The notes beneath the pieces are model-generated. The model was not told where the DNA came from. It saw nothing but the letters and a program-made list of their open reading frames with translations, and did no database searches. Positions 1 to 7,954 of a DNA stretch of 18,490 bases are shown here, piece after piece. The stretch spans positions 1 to 18,490 of the forward strand of contig JAZDPL010000019.1 in NCBI GenBank assembly GCA_043797665.1, given 5' to 3'. The position numbers and the translations under genes were made by a program. Positions within the stretch are counted from its first letter, which is position 1. Each line of letters opens with the position of its first letter. Source of the stretch: Candidatus Omnitrophota bacterium. Lineage in GTDB: Bacteria; Ratteibacteria; UBA8468; MWAK01.

Positions 1-131
1 GGCAGGCGGTCTTCAAAGACAAACGGAGAAAGATAGAGATAGTAAAAGGTAAACTTGGCGAGAACGCAGTCCTGATAGGCAATGCCTGCCTTGCGTATCA
101 GGAAATGTTTTCTCTCCCCGGAGGAGGCTGA
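1..131 (+). CDS. 3' end of a ROK-family protein (repressor or sugar kinase), cut by the window edge
   Basis: The frame from base 3 reads QAVFKDKRRKIEIVKGKLGENAVLIGNACLAYQEMFSLPGGG* (TGA 129-131). 'I...LGENAVLIG.A.L' resembles the ROK C-terminal helix motif. Not in the ORF track because no start is in the window. Confidence 0.65.
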   Translation, partial: QAVFKDKRRKIEIVKGKLGENAVLIGNACLAYQEMFSLPGGG

Positions 132-132
132 T

Positions 133-1602
133 ATGTACGAAATCTTGAAAGAGAATAACCTGGAACTTCTGAAAAAAGGCGTCTTTAGGGTACTGGAGCA
201 ATTGGGGATGGTCTGCCAGAATAAAGAGATACTGAAGGCACTGGAAGAGAGAGGCGCTAAGGTAGATTACGAACAGAAAAGTGCAAAGTTCCCTGAGAGA
301 ATGGTTCAGGAATTTGTGGGGGAGATTAGAAAAGAAAACAAAACAGCATGGCGGGAAAAGATAAAGGGTAAAAACCAGGAGGTCTTATACTCCGGCTATG
401 TCCCTCCTTTAGAATCTCCCAATGAATTCATCGCCCCGCTCCTTCCCAGTCTCTTCCATCCTTTAGCCACTTTCTTCTATGACGATGATAAGAAGGAAAA
501 GAGACCGGGAAACAAGGCTGACTTTATCAGACTGGTAAAATTGGGTGAGGTCCTCCATCCGGAACAGGGTGTCGGTCACACCCTTATTCTTTCTGATGTC
601 CCCTCACCGATTGAACCCCTGGAAGCGGCTCTCCTTTTATTGGAACATAGCCATAACCCCCGGGGGGTCTATCTCCAGGATATCCGGCAGGCTGACTATT
701 TAATGGAAATAGCAGAAATCTTCGGCATTAAGGACCCTTGCTGGCACTGGTTAGCTAACGTCAGTTTTGCTTCACCCTTAAAATTGGGAAAGGAAATTGC
801 GGAACGTTTTGTCTATATGGTCAAGTCAGGTAACTATCCCGCAAAGGCCTACACCATGGCGGTTAGCGGAGTAAACGCACCGGTAACAACCGCTGGGTGT
901 ACCGTTTTACATACCGCGGAGTTCTTGGCTCTCTGGATATCCGGCCGGGCATTAAATCCCGGAATTCCCCTTACCGGTCTGGTGTTGACCGGAAGAATGG
1001 ATATGAAGAGTGGCGAGGCAAATTACTGGGCTTTTGACGCTTTGGTGCGGAGATTGGCTACCTGCGAATTTATCGGAAGATGGTTAGGAGTCTCTGTTTC
1101 GCCTGGTGTGGCAGAGTATTCTCCGGCAAAGATACCCGGACTTTATGCCACCTTGGAAAAAGCCTATTTAGGAATGGTTATTGCCGCCTTCACCGGTTGC
1201 CACCCCTCATCAGGAATAGGACACTTGGAAGCAGGTCTTACCTTAAGCCCGGTTCAGTTCCTTCTGGACCGGGAGTTCGCCGGGGGGCTGAAGTTTTTGG
1301 AGCCTCCGGTGGTCAATGAAGAGATGATTGGCTTGGAAACGATTTTAGATGTCGGATTTGGAATCCAGAAGAACTACTTGGAGACAGAACATACCCTTAA
1401 GAATTTCCGGTCCTGCCTCTGGCAACCGGAACTTTTTAACCCGGAAGGCTGGACACCGGAAAGCGAAGAAAAGATTTTGGAAAAGGCAAAAAAGAGAGTA
1501 AATGAACTGGTGGCTCAATACCGGAAGCCAGAAATTGACCCGGACAAAATTGGCAAGGCCCGCGAAGTGGTGGAGAGAGCAAAAAGAAAGTTGTTAAGCT
1601 AA
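133..1602 (+). CDS. MttB (trimethylamine:corrinoid methyltransferase) superfamily protein, non-pyrrolysine type, 489 aa
   Basis: N-terminal 'VLEQLGM...EILKALEERGAKVD', 'APVTTAG', 'MDMKSG', 'AKIPGLYATLEK', 'GHLEAGLTLSPVQFLLDRE', 'YLETEHTLKNFR' fit the MttB pattern. No in-frame TAG. Start moved from 82 to ATG 133, which follows GGAGGAGG and the upstream stop. Confidence 0.85.
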   Translation: MYEILKENNLELLKKGVFRVLEQLGMVCQNKEILKALEERGAKVDYEQKSAKFPERMVQEFVGEIRKENKTAWREKIKGKNQEVLYSGYVPPLESPNEFIAPLLPSLFHPLATFFYDDDKKEKRPGNKADFIRLVKLGEVLHPEQGVGHTLILSDVPSPIEPLEAALLLLEHSHNPRGVYLQDIRQADYLMEIAEIFGIKDPCWHWLANVSFASPLKLGKEIAERFVYMVKSGNYPAKAYTMAVSGVNAPVTTAGCTVLHTAEFLALWISGRALNPGIPLTGLVLTGRMDMKSGEANYWAFDALVRRLATCEFIGRWLGVSVSPGVAEYSPAKIPGLYATLEKAYLGMVIAAFTGCHPSSGIGHLEAGLTLSPVQFLLDREFAGGLKFLEPPVVNEEMIGLETILDVGFGIQKNYLETEHTLKNFRSCLWQPELFNPEGWTPESEEKILEKAKKRVNELVAQYRKPEIDPDKIGKAREVVERAKRKLLS

Positions 1603-1610
1603 GGTGAGCG

Positions 1611-2579
1611 ATGAAAATGTTAGAAAAAGAAGAAGTGCTCCGGATGTTGAAGATGATGTACAAAATCAGGTTTTTTGAAGAGCGCATCAAACGGCTCTAC
1701 AAACAGAACCTTCTGGCCGGAAGTTTTCTGGGTGCCCTCCACACCTATGTCGGTCAGGAGGCAATTGCGGTGGGCATCTGTTCGCTCTTGAGGAAAGACG
1801 ACTACATTCTCAGCACGCACCGGGGCCATGGCCATTTCCTGGCTAAAGGAGGCAGTCTAAAGGAACTCTTTGCGGAATTTTTGGGAAGAGAGGCTGGTTG
1901 TTCTAAAGGTAGAGGTGGCTCAATGCACCTCTTTGACCCGGAAATAAGTTTTTTGGGCGGCAATGGAATAGTGGGAGCCGGTATTCCCATTGCCCTGGGA
2001 ACCGGATATGCTGCTTGTTACCGGAATTCAGACCGGGTTACTGTCTGTTTCTTCGGAGACGGTGCGGCAAGCCAGGGGACCTTCCATGAATCTTTGAATA
2101 TTGCCTCGCTCTGGAAACTACCCATTATCTTTGTCTGCGAAAACAACTGTTATGCGGTCACCACACCGGTCAATGAAACAATCGCTATTACCAATGTGGC
2201 TGAGCGGGCTAATGGTTACGGAATGCCCGGTAAGGTAGTAGACGGAAATGACCTTCTCGCAGTTTACCAGGAGGCTGAATCCGCAATCACCAGAGCCAGA
2301 ACCAATAAAGGTCCTACCCTTTTAGAATGTAAAACCTATCGGATAGACTCCCACTGTATGGTCCTTCCGGAGACGCGGATTTCGGAGGAGATTGAGAAGT
2401 GGAAAGAAAAAGACCCCATCTTACGGTTTGAAGACCGGCTGAAGAAAGAGGGTATGTCAGACCAGCCGGACTTTGAGATACTGAAAAAGGAAGTATCTGA
2501 AGAACTGGGTTCTGCGGAAAAGTTTGCACAAGGTAGCCCTTTCCCCGACCCGGAAAGCTTCAGAAAATCCATTACCTGA
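1611..2579 (+). CDS. TPP-dependent dehydrogenase E1 alpha subunit (AcoA/PdhA-like)
   Basis: LHTYVGQEA, STHRGHGH, KGRGGSMH, TPP motif GDGA...ENN; SD AAGGTGAG upstream. Confidence 0.93.
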   Translation: MKMLEKEEVLRMLKMMYKIRFFEERIKRLYKQNLLAGSFLGALHTYVGQEAIAVGICSLLRKDDYILSTHRGHGHFLAKGGSLKELFAEFLGREAGCSKGRGGSMHLFDPEISFLGGNGIVGAGIPIALGTGYAACYRNSDRVTVCFFGDGAASQGTFHESLNIASLWKLPIIFVCENNCYAVTTPVNETIAITNVAERANGYGMPGKVVDGNDLLAVYQEAESAITRARTNKGPTLLECKTYRIDSHCMVLPETRISEEIEKWKEKDPILRFEDRLKKEGMSDQPDFEILKKEVSEELGSAEKFAQGSPFPDPESFRKSIT

Positions 2580-2589
2580 ATTGTAGGGA

Positions 2590-2634
2590 AATCCCCCTCA
2601 ATCCCCCTTTTGCAAAGGGGGAAGAAGGGGGATT
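2590..2634. repeat. REP-like nested palindrome AATCCCCCT...CCCCCTTT-TGC-AAAGGGGG...AGGGGGATT
   Basis: AATCCCCCT at 2590-2598 and 2600-2608 is complementary to AGGGGGATT at 2626-2634. Inner stem TCCCCCTTT (2602-2610)/AAAGGGGGA (2614-2622). Intergenic, no U-tract. Confidence 0.75.
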
Positions 2635-2644
2635 AGAAGGCAGT

Positions 2645-3616
2645 ATGCGCGAGATAAAGTACATCGAAGCGGTTAATGAAGCCCTGAGGGAAGAGATGGA
2701 AAGGGACGAGAGCGTCTTTGTTATCGGCGAAGACGTCGGGCCTGTAGGTGGTGGATTTGGAGCCACCAAAGGACTACTGGAAAGGTTCGGGCCGAAAAGG
2801 GTCCGGCAGACACCCATATCTGAATCCGCCTTTACCGGCCTGGGGGTTGGCGCAGCCCTTGCCGGCTTAAGGCCGGTGGTAGAGATTATGTATCTGGACT
2901 TTATCACCACCGCGATGGACCAGGTGGTCAACCAGGCCGCAAAATTGTCTTTCATGTCCGGCGGCCAGGTGAAAGTACCTTTAGTCATCCGGGCACCCTA
3001 CGGCATCGGAACCAGGGAAGCCGCCCAACACAGCCAGAGCCTGGAGGCATGGTTTGTACATACACCAGGCTTAAAGGTGGTTATGCCCTCAACCGCCTAT
3101 GACGCCAAAGGACTTCTGAAGACCAGCATCAGGGGTGATAGTCCGGTAATCTTCATTGAAAACCGAACCCTTTATTTCCAGAAAGAAGCGGTCCCGGAAG
3201 GCGAATGGCTCATTCCTTTCGGTGAGGCAGACATTAAACGTGAAGGTGCGGATATTACGGTGGTAGCCATCTCCAATATGGTGCCTAAAGCCTTAGCCGC
3301 GGCAGAGGACCTCGCTTCAGAGATAAATATGGAGATAATTGACCCCAGGACCCTGGTTCCCCTTGACCTTGATAAAATTGTTAATTCGGTCAAGAAGACC
3401 AACCGGCTTCTAATACTTCAGGAAGCACCAATAAGGGGTGGGGTGGGAAGCGAGATAATAAGGCAGGTAATAGAACAGGCTTTTGATTACTTAGAAGCTC
3501 CGCCTAAAGTGTTGGGTGGTTTAAATACACCGATACCGTTCTCGTCAGTACTGGAAGATATCTGCATTCCGCAGAAAGAAGACATTATTAAGGCAGTCAG
3601 GGAACTGGTAGGATAA
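2645..3616 (+). CDS. TPP-dependent dehydrogenase E1 beta subunit (AcoB/PdhB-like)
   Basis: GEDVG, TPISE, GLRPVVEIMYLDF, DQVVNQAAK, QHSQSLEAWF, IDPRTLVPLD motifs. Confidence 0.93.
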   Translation: MREIKYIEAVNEALREEMERDESVFVIGEDVGPVGGGFGATKGLLERFGPKRVRQTPISESAFTGLGVGAALAGLRPVVEIMYLDFITTAMDQVVNQAAKLSFMSGGQVKVPLVIRAPYGIGTREAAQHSQSLEAWFVHTPGLKVVMPSTAYDAKGLLKTSIRGDSPVIFIENRTLYFQKEAVPEGEWLIPFGEADIKREGADITVVAISNMVPKALAAAEDLASEINMEIIDPRTLVPLDLDKIVNSVKKTNRLLILQEAPIRGGVGSEIIRQVIEQAFDYLEAPPKVLGGLNTPIPFSSVLEDICIPQKEDIIKAVRELVG

Positions 3617-3628
3617 AAAGGAGATACA

Positions 3629-4996
3629 ATGCGGCCAGAAGAGATAAAAGAGATGAAACAGGATGCGGTGAAGTATATCATTCCCCACTTCGCTGACTAT
3701 GAGCAGATCACCAAGGAACCAAAAATATTTGTGAAAGGCAAAGGCTGTTACCTCTACGACATTGAGGGCAGAAAGTATCTTGATACCTTTGCTTCTTTAC
3801 TTACCACCATCTGCGGCCACGGCAGAAAAGAAGTGGCCGAGGCCGCGGAAAGGCAGATGAAGGAGTTGGAATTCTTCCCCAATTATGTTGATACCTACAC
3901 GGTCCCTTTGATTAAACTGGCCAAAAAATTAGCCGGGATTTGCCCGGGAGACCTCTCGGTTTCCTTCTTTGTCAACAGCGGTTCGGAAGCAAACGAAACC
4001 GCGCTCAAGATGGCTAAACAGTACCACTGGGAACGGGGCGAAAAGAAGCGGTGGAAGGTCGTGGCGCGGCGGTATTCTTATCACGCTACCACCCTGGGCG
4101 GCACTTCCGCCACCGGCATCCGTTGGTTCCGGGAACTCTTTGAGCCGCTCCTGCCCGGTTTTCTCTTTGCGATGTCAGCCCAGTGTTGCCACTGCGAATT
4201 AGGCCTTAAGCCGGAGACCTGTAGACTTATGTGTCTGAAGGAACTCCAGCGCCTTATTGAATGGGAGAATCCCGAAACGGTTGCCGCGGTAATCATGGAC
4301 CCGATTCCGGGTTCCAATATCGGTTATCCTTTGCCGCCGAAGGGTTATCTGGAGGGTCTGCGTTCCTTCTGCGACAAACACGGCATCCTTCTTATTTTTG
4401 ACGAAGTCCAGACCGGATTCGGCAAGACCGGAAAGTGGTTTGCCTGCGAACACTGGAATGTTACGCCTGACATTATGACGCTTGGTAAAGGGCTCACCGG
4501 TGGATATCTTCCCTTAGGGGCCGCCATTACCACACCCAAAGTCTATGAAGTCTTCAGAAAACCCGGCTCGGAACTCCGTTCCGGCTCCACCTACGGAGGG
4601 CATACAACCGCCTGCGCCACTACCCTGGTGAACATTGAAATAATTGAAAAGGAAGGTCTGGTAAAAAGGGCCGCGGAGACCGGCGCCTATATCAAAAAAC
4701 GGCTGGATGCTTTCAGAAAAAAGCACGCCATCATCGGTGACATCAGGGGTATCGGCATGCTCTGGGCGATTGAACTGATGGCTGACCCGGCCCTAAAAAA
4801 GCCCTTGGATTTAAAGCTGAAGGTTGGCGCCTGGATTCGGGACTACTGCTGGAAGAATGGTATGATATTACGTAACAACGGCGATATCCTGGTACTCGCA
4901 CCCGCTCTGGTTATGAGCCGAGAAGAAGTTGACTTTATGCTAAAGATGATTGACGAAGCGATTTCTGCCGCAGAAAAACACTTTAACTTACAATAA
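3629..4996 (+). CDS. Class III PLP-dependent aminotransferase (omega-amine type)
   Basis: NSGSEANE, SYH, FDEVQTGFGKTG, PLP lysine in LGKGLTGGYLPLG, TYGGH; SD AAGGAG. Confidence 0.92.
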   Translation: MRPEEIKEMKQDAVKYIIPHFADYEQITKEPKIFVKGKGCYLYDIEGRKYLDTFASLLTTICGHGRKEVAEAAERQMKELEFFPNYVDTYTVPLIKLAKKLAGICPGDLSVSFFVNSGSEANETALKMAKQYHWERGEKKRWKVVARRYSYHATTLGGTSATGIRWFRELFEPLLPGFLFAMSAQCCHCELGLKPETCRLMCLKELQRLIEWENPETVAAVIMDPIPGSNIGYPLPPKGYLEGLRSFCDKHGILLIFDEVQTGFGKTGKWFACEHWNVTPDIMTLGKGLTGGYLPLGAAITTPKVYEVFRKPGSELRSGSTYGGHTTACATTLVNIEIIEKEGLVKRAAETGAYIKKRLDAFRKKHAIIGDIRGIGMLWAIELMADPALKKPLDLKLKVGAWIRDYCWKNGMILRNNGDILVLAPALVMSREEVDFMLKMIDEAISAAEKHFNLQ

Positions 4997-5088
4997 TGTC
5001 ATTCCGGCGTACTTTCTCTCTGTCATTCCGGCGGATAGTAAGCCGGAATCTGGATTAAAAATAGATTCCGAAACAAGTTCGGAATGAC
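4997..5088. repeat. REP-like composite palindromic element (GTCATTCCG...CGGAATGAC type)
   Basis: TGTCATTCCGGCG occurs at 4997-5009 and 5021-5033. ATTCCGGC pairs with GCCGGAAT (5042-5049). Second hairpin ATTCCGAA (5065-5072)/TTCGGAAT (5078-5085). Outer arms GTCATTCCG (5022-5030)/CGGAATGAC (5080-5088). Confidence 0.8.
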
Positions 5089-5107
5089 GAATACTGAGGT
5101 GGGAAAC

Positions 5108-6160
5108 ATGGATAAGATACGGTTAGGTCTGGTTCGCTGCAGTGACATCCACGGCTACTACTATGGAGTGATGCTGGCGGAATGTGACCCGATGCTCCTT
5201 CTGGAGAAATACTATATCGTCCACTACTATGCCAGCAACATCTATGACCCCAAGAAACTAACCATACCTAAAGTTTCCGGTTTTGACCTGGTTAAAGTTT
5301 GGGATTACGACTATCAGCGGGCCAAAACCTTTGCGGAGGTATTCTTAAACGCACCCCGGGTCTGTGAAAAATTAGAGGAGATGACCGAAGGGATAGATGC
5401 GGTCTTCATCTCAGATGGTGAAAGGGACGGCTCTGACCACCTGAAATTAGCCACGCCTTTCCTGAAAAAAGGAATCCCGACCTTTGTGGATAAGCCCTTT
5501 GCCTCCAACCTCAAAGATGCCCAAGAGATTGTCAATTTAGCAGAAAAGTATCAAGCACCGCTTTTTAACGCTTCCATCCTCAGTTATGTGCCGGCCGCAG
5601 ACTTTTTCAAACAGCGTTTTACAGAGATAGGACACACCTACTACCCGGTACCGGACGAAAAGCCGGAGGTGCCGATGGGCTTAGGTGTTATCAAAGGCGT
5701 GGGAGGTACATTTTCTCAGGAACTGGCGGGAAAAGGAGTCTCCGGTGGCCTGGAAGAAAGGATGGCTTACCTCATCCACGGTGTATCCCTGGCGTTGAAT
5801 CTCTTTGGCTTAGAGGTAGATTGGGTTGAGACAATGGGTGAATCCCCCTTAGAATACATCCACCTGCGTATGAAAACCGGGATGGACGTTGTGATTATTA
5901 ACACTTCAACGAAAGTTTTCCCGGAGGCCTGCAGTTTCTACGCTTCTGCCTACAGCAAGTACGGTGCGGTCCACTCCAACCCCATCGGTGACCCGGAATT
6001 CATCGGAGGTGCTGAAAAGATTCTGAAGATTTTCCGAGAGATGGTAAAGACGGGCAAGCCACCGGTCCCTTACCGCAATTTTCTGGCGCACATTGCCGTA
6101 ATTGAGGCGGCCCAGTTAGCCCAGAAGAAAGGCGGCCGGGTTTATCTAAAAGAAGTCTAA
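5108..6160 (+). CDS. Gfo/Idh/MocA-family oxidoreductase-like protein, paralog 1 (350 aa)
   Basis: IDAVFI, DHLKLATPFLKKGIPTFVDKPFA (family EKP/DKP motif), YLIHG. Start placed at ATG 5108 (SD GAGGTGGG; MDKI aligns with paralog 2) because ATG 5084 lies inside the repeat. Confidence 0.8.
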   Translation: MDKIRLGLVRCSDIHGYYYGVMLAECDPMLLLEKYYIVHYYASNIYDPKKLTIPKVSGFDLVKVWDYDYQRAKTFAEVFLNAPRVCEKLEEMTEGIDAVFISDGERDGSDHLKLATPFLKKGIPTFVDKPFASNLKDAQEIVNLAEKYQAPLFNASILSYVPAADFFKQRFTEIGHTYYPVPDEKPEVPMGLGVIKGVGGTFSQELAGKGVSGGLEERMAYLIHGVSLALNLFGLEVDWVETMGESPLEYIHLRMKTGMDVVIINTSTKVFPEACSFYASAYSKYGAVHSNPIGDPEFIGGAEKILKIFREMVKTGKPPVPYRNFLAHIAVIEAAQLAQKKGGRVYLKEV

Positions 6161-6229
6161 ATAAAGGTGTGTAATACGAGGTAACATGGGGAATAGATTT
6201 GAAGAGATACAGAATGGCGTGGAGTAGAA

Positions 6230-6637
6230 TTAAATCAATTGCAGAATTTTAGCGAATTCGGCTGGAGTAACAATGGAAATCTTACGGAAGGAAGATAGGC
6301 TAAGTAAATCCCTGTCGCCGGTAACAATGGAATCCACTTTTCCGCTCACGGCACATTCTAATATTTTGTTATCTTCAACATCCCGGCACACAGATATCTT
6401 TTCTTTGGATTCCACAAATATAGCCTTCCTTTTCAGAAATGTTTTAAAATTTTCCAGGTCGGGTTCTGTAAGTTTAAATTCAGGTTTAGATAAAATATAT
6501 AGTAATTCATTTAAAAGTTCCCACGTGAGAAAAATCTGGAATTTACTTTTCAGTAACAATGGGTATAGGTTCTCTTTTAACCTTCCTCCCACAAGAATAC
6601 TTACAAAAACATTGGTGTCAAGCACAACTTTGAGCAT
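6230..6637 (-). CDS. PIN-domain putative toxin (VapC-like)
   Basis: VVLDTNVFVS, ELLNEL, CRDVEDNKILECA, IVTGDRDLL supply the acidic PIN residues; overlaps the upstream small ORF by 20 nt. Confidence 0.9.
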   Translation of the reverse strand: MLKVVLDTNVFVSILVGGRLKENLYPLLLKSKFQIFLTWELLNELLYILSKPEFKLTEPDLENFKTFLKRKAIFVESKEKISVCRDVEDNKILECAVSGKVDSIVTGDRDLLSLSSFRKISIVTPAEFAKILQLI

Positions 6638-6845
6638 AATATTCCTTGCGAGATTTTTTTACAATGTTCTCCACATCCTGAAGAGAAAGTTTTTGACTTT
6701 TTATGTTTTCTCTCAATCTTTTTACGGACTGATCAAATTCCTCCTCCACAAACTTTTCTATCATCCTCTGTCTTTCTTCATCTCCAAGTTGTCTGATAAT
6801 ATTTTCAACCTGTCTACTATCAATTTCAACCATGACTTTTCCCAT
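6618..6845 (-). CDS. Putative cognate antitoxin, 75 aa
   Basis: Small charged ORF directly upstream of and overlapping the PIN gene. ATG 6845 follows SD GGGGGTGA; the TTG at 6893 coincides with the predicted -35 box. Confidence 0.7.
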   Translation of the reverse strand: MGKVMVEIDSRQVENIIRQLGDEERQRMIEKFVEEEFDQSVKRLRENIKSQKLSLQDVENIVKKSRKEYYAQSCA

Positions 6846-6864
6846 CTTGTTCACCCCCAGAAAG

Positions 6865-6899
6865 ATTGTAACATAAGAACTGGCAAAGAGCAATGTTAC
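6865..6899 (-). promoter_or_regulatory. Sigma70-type promoter of the TA operon with overlapping inverted repeat
   Basis: Minus strand TTGCTC (6893-6888), 17 nt, TACAAT (6870-6865) with extended -10 TGn. GTAACAT (6868-6874) and ATGTTAC (6893-6899) form an inverted repeat abutting both boxes. Confidence 0.6.
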
Positions 6900-6976
6900 T
6901 CAAATGCGGATTATGATATTCTTATTTTTCATCGGAGGAAATAACTTCAATCTCATCTCAAGAAAGGGTAAAGACT

Positions 6977-7954
6977 ATGGACAAGATTAAGGTGGGGATG
7001 ATTAGGTGTGACTTGCACGCCATCTACTATGCAAGCCTGATTCAGCCACACGACCCCTATATCCTGAGGGAGCCGGAGTATGGCCGGGGTGGGTATTTCT
7101 ATTTTTATACCGTCTATAACGCCCCCAGGAAAATGGTCTTCCCTCAAGTTCCTGGCTTTGAGGTGGTAAAACTCTGGGATGAGAAAAGGGAACTGGCGGA
7201 GAATATGGCCAAGATATACTATAACAAGCCCAAGGTCTGCCATAGTCTGGAAGAGGTCTCTGATGGCGTAGATTTAGTCTTTATTGCCGACTGCAACGGT
7301 GATGGCTCAGACCATCTGAAACTGGCTGCCCCGGGCTTAAAGAAAAGAATCCCCACCTTTGTGGATAAGCCCTTTGCCTATGAGGTCAAGGATGCCAGAA
7401 GGATGGTGGAGTTGGCGCAGGAATATAAGACACCGATAATGTCCCTTTCAATCCTCAGGGCTTTACCCCAGGCTACCAGATTTCGTAATCGGTTTGCGGA
7501 GATTAGGGAACCGGAGTTTGGAGTTATTAAAGGGTTTGGAGGCAGTATGGCCGCACACATCCACGGTATAAGTTTAGCCCAGCACCTTTTTGGTGCAGGC
7601 GTGGAATCGGTGGAGGCTATGGGTCAGACTCCCTTAGCCTACGTCCACCTGGATTACGCTGGAAAGACTGACCGGCCAAAGGCAGGCGTTATTCTTGCCT
7701 GTGCCTCCGGTGGAAGCCCTCACTGTGCCATGTATGCCAGCGCCTATAGCCAATTAGGAGTGATACATTCATCTGCTTTTGATGACTGGATATTTCCGGA
7801 CGGCGTGATAAAGATACTGAAGACGATTAAGGAGATGGTAAAGACCAGAAAGCCCCAGGCACCCTATGAGGAAATGATAGAGTGCATCGCCATCGCCACT
7901 GCCGGAAGACTATCCCAGAAGGAGAAAAGAAGAGTCTACCTAAAAGAGGTTTAA
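6977..7954 (+). CDS. Gfo/Idh/MocA-family oxidoreductase-like protein, paralog 2 (325 aa)
   Basis: VDLVFI, DGSDHLKLA, IPTFVDKPFA, HIHG, YASAYS and RVYLKEV* are shared with 5108-6160. Confidence 0.8.
   Translation: MDKIKVGMIRCDLHAIYYASLIQPHDPYILREPEYGRGGYFYFYTVYNAPRKMVFPQVPGFEVVKLWDEKRELAENMAKIYYNKPKVCHSLEEVSDGVDLVFIADCNGDGSDHLKLAAPGLKKRIPTFVDKPFAYEVKDARRMVELAQEYKTPIMSLSILRALPQATRFRNRFAEIREPEFGVIKGFGGSMAAHIHGISLAQHLFGAGVESVEAMGQTPLAYVHLDYAGKTDRPKAGVILACASGGSPHCAMYASAYSQLGVIHSSAFDDWIFPDGVIKILKTIKEMVKTRKPQAPYEEMIECIAIATAGRLSQKEKRRVYLKEV

Noticed and set aside
82..132. N-terminal extension of the MttB ORF from ATG 82
   Set aside because: Overlaps the ROK gene's 3' end; ATG 133 has a strong SD.
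133..1602. Pyrrolysine or selenocysteine recoding in MttB
   Set aside because: No in-frame TAG or TGA; the ORF is continuous to TAA.
6186..6227. 13-codon mini-ORF MGNRFEEIQNGVE after GAGGT
   Set aside because: SD spacing is only 3 nt and there is no recognisable homology.
6181..6874. GTAACAT at 6181-6187 and 6868-6874 as a target-site duplication around the TA pair
   Set aside because: Only 7 nt, similar words recur inside the PIN gene, and the boundary would cut the predicted promoter.
6273..6944. 223-aa plus-strand ORF
   Set aside because: Antisense shadow of the TA pair, with Phe/Ser/Leu-rich composition and no motifs.
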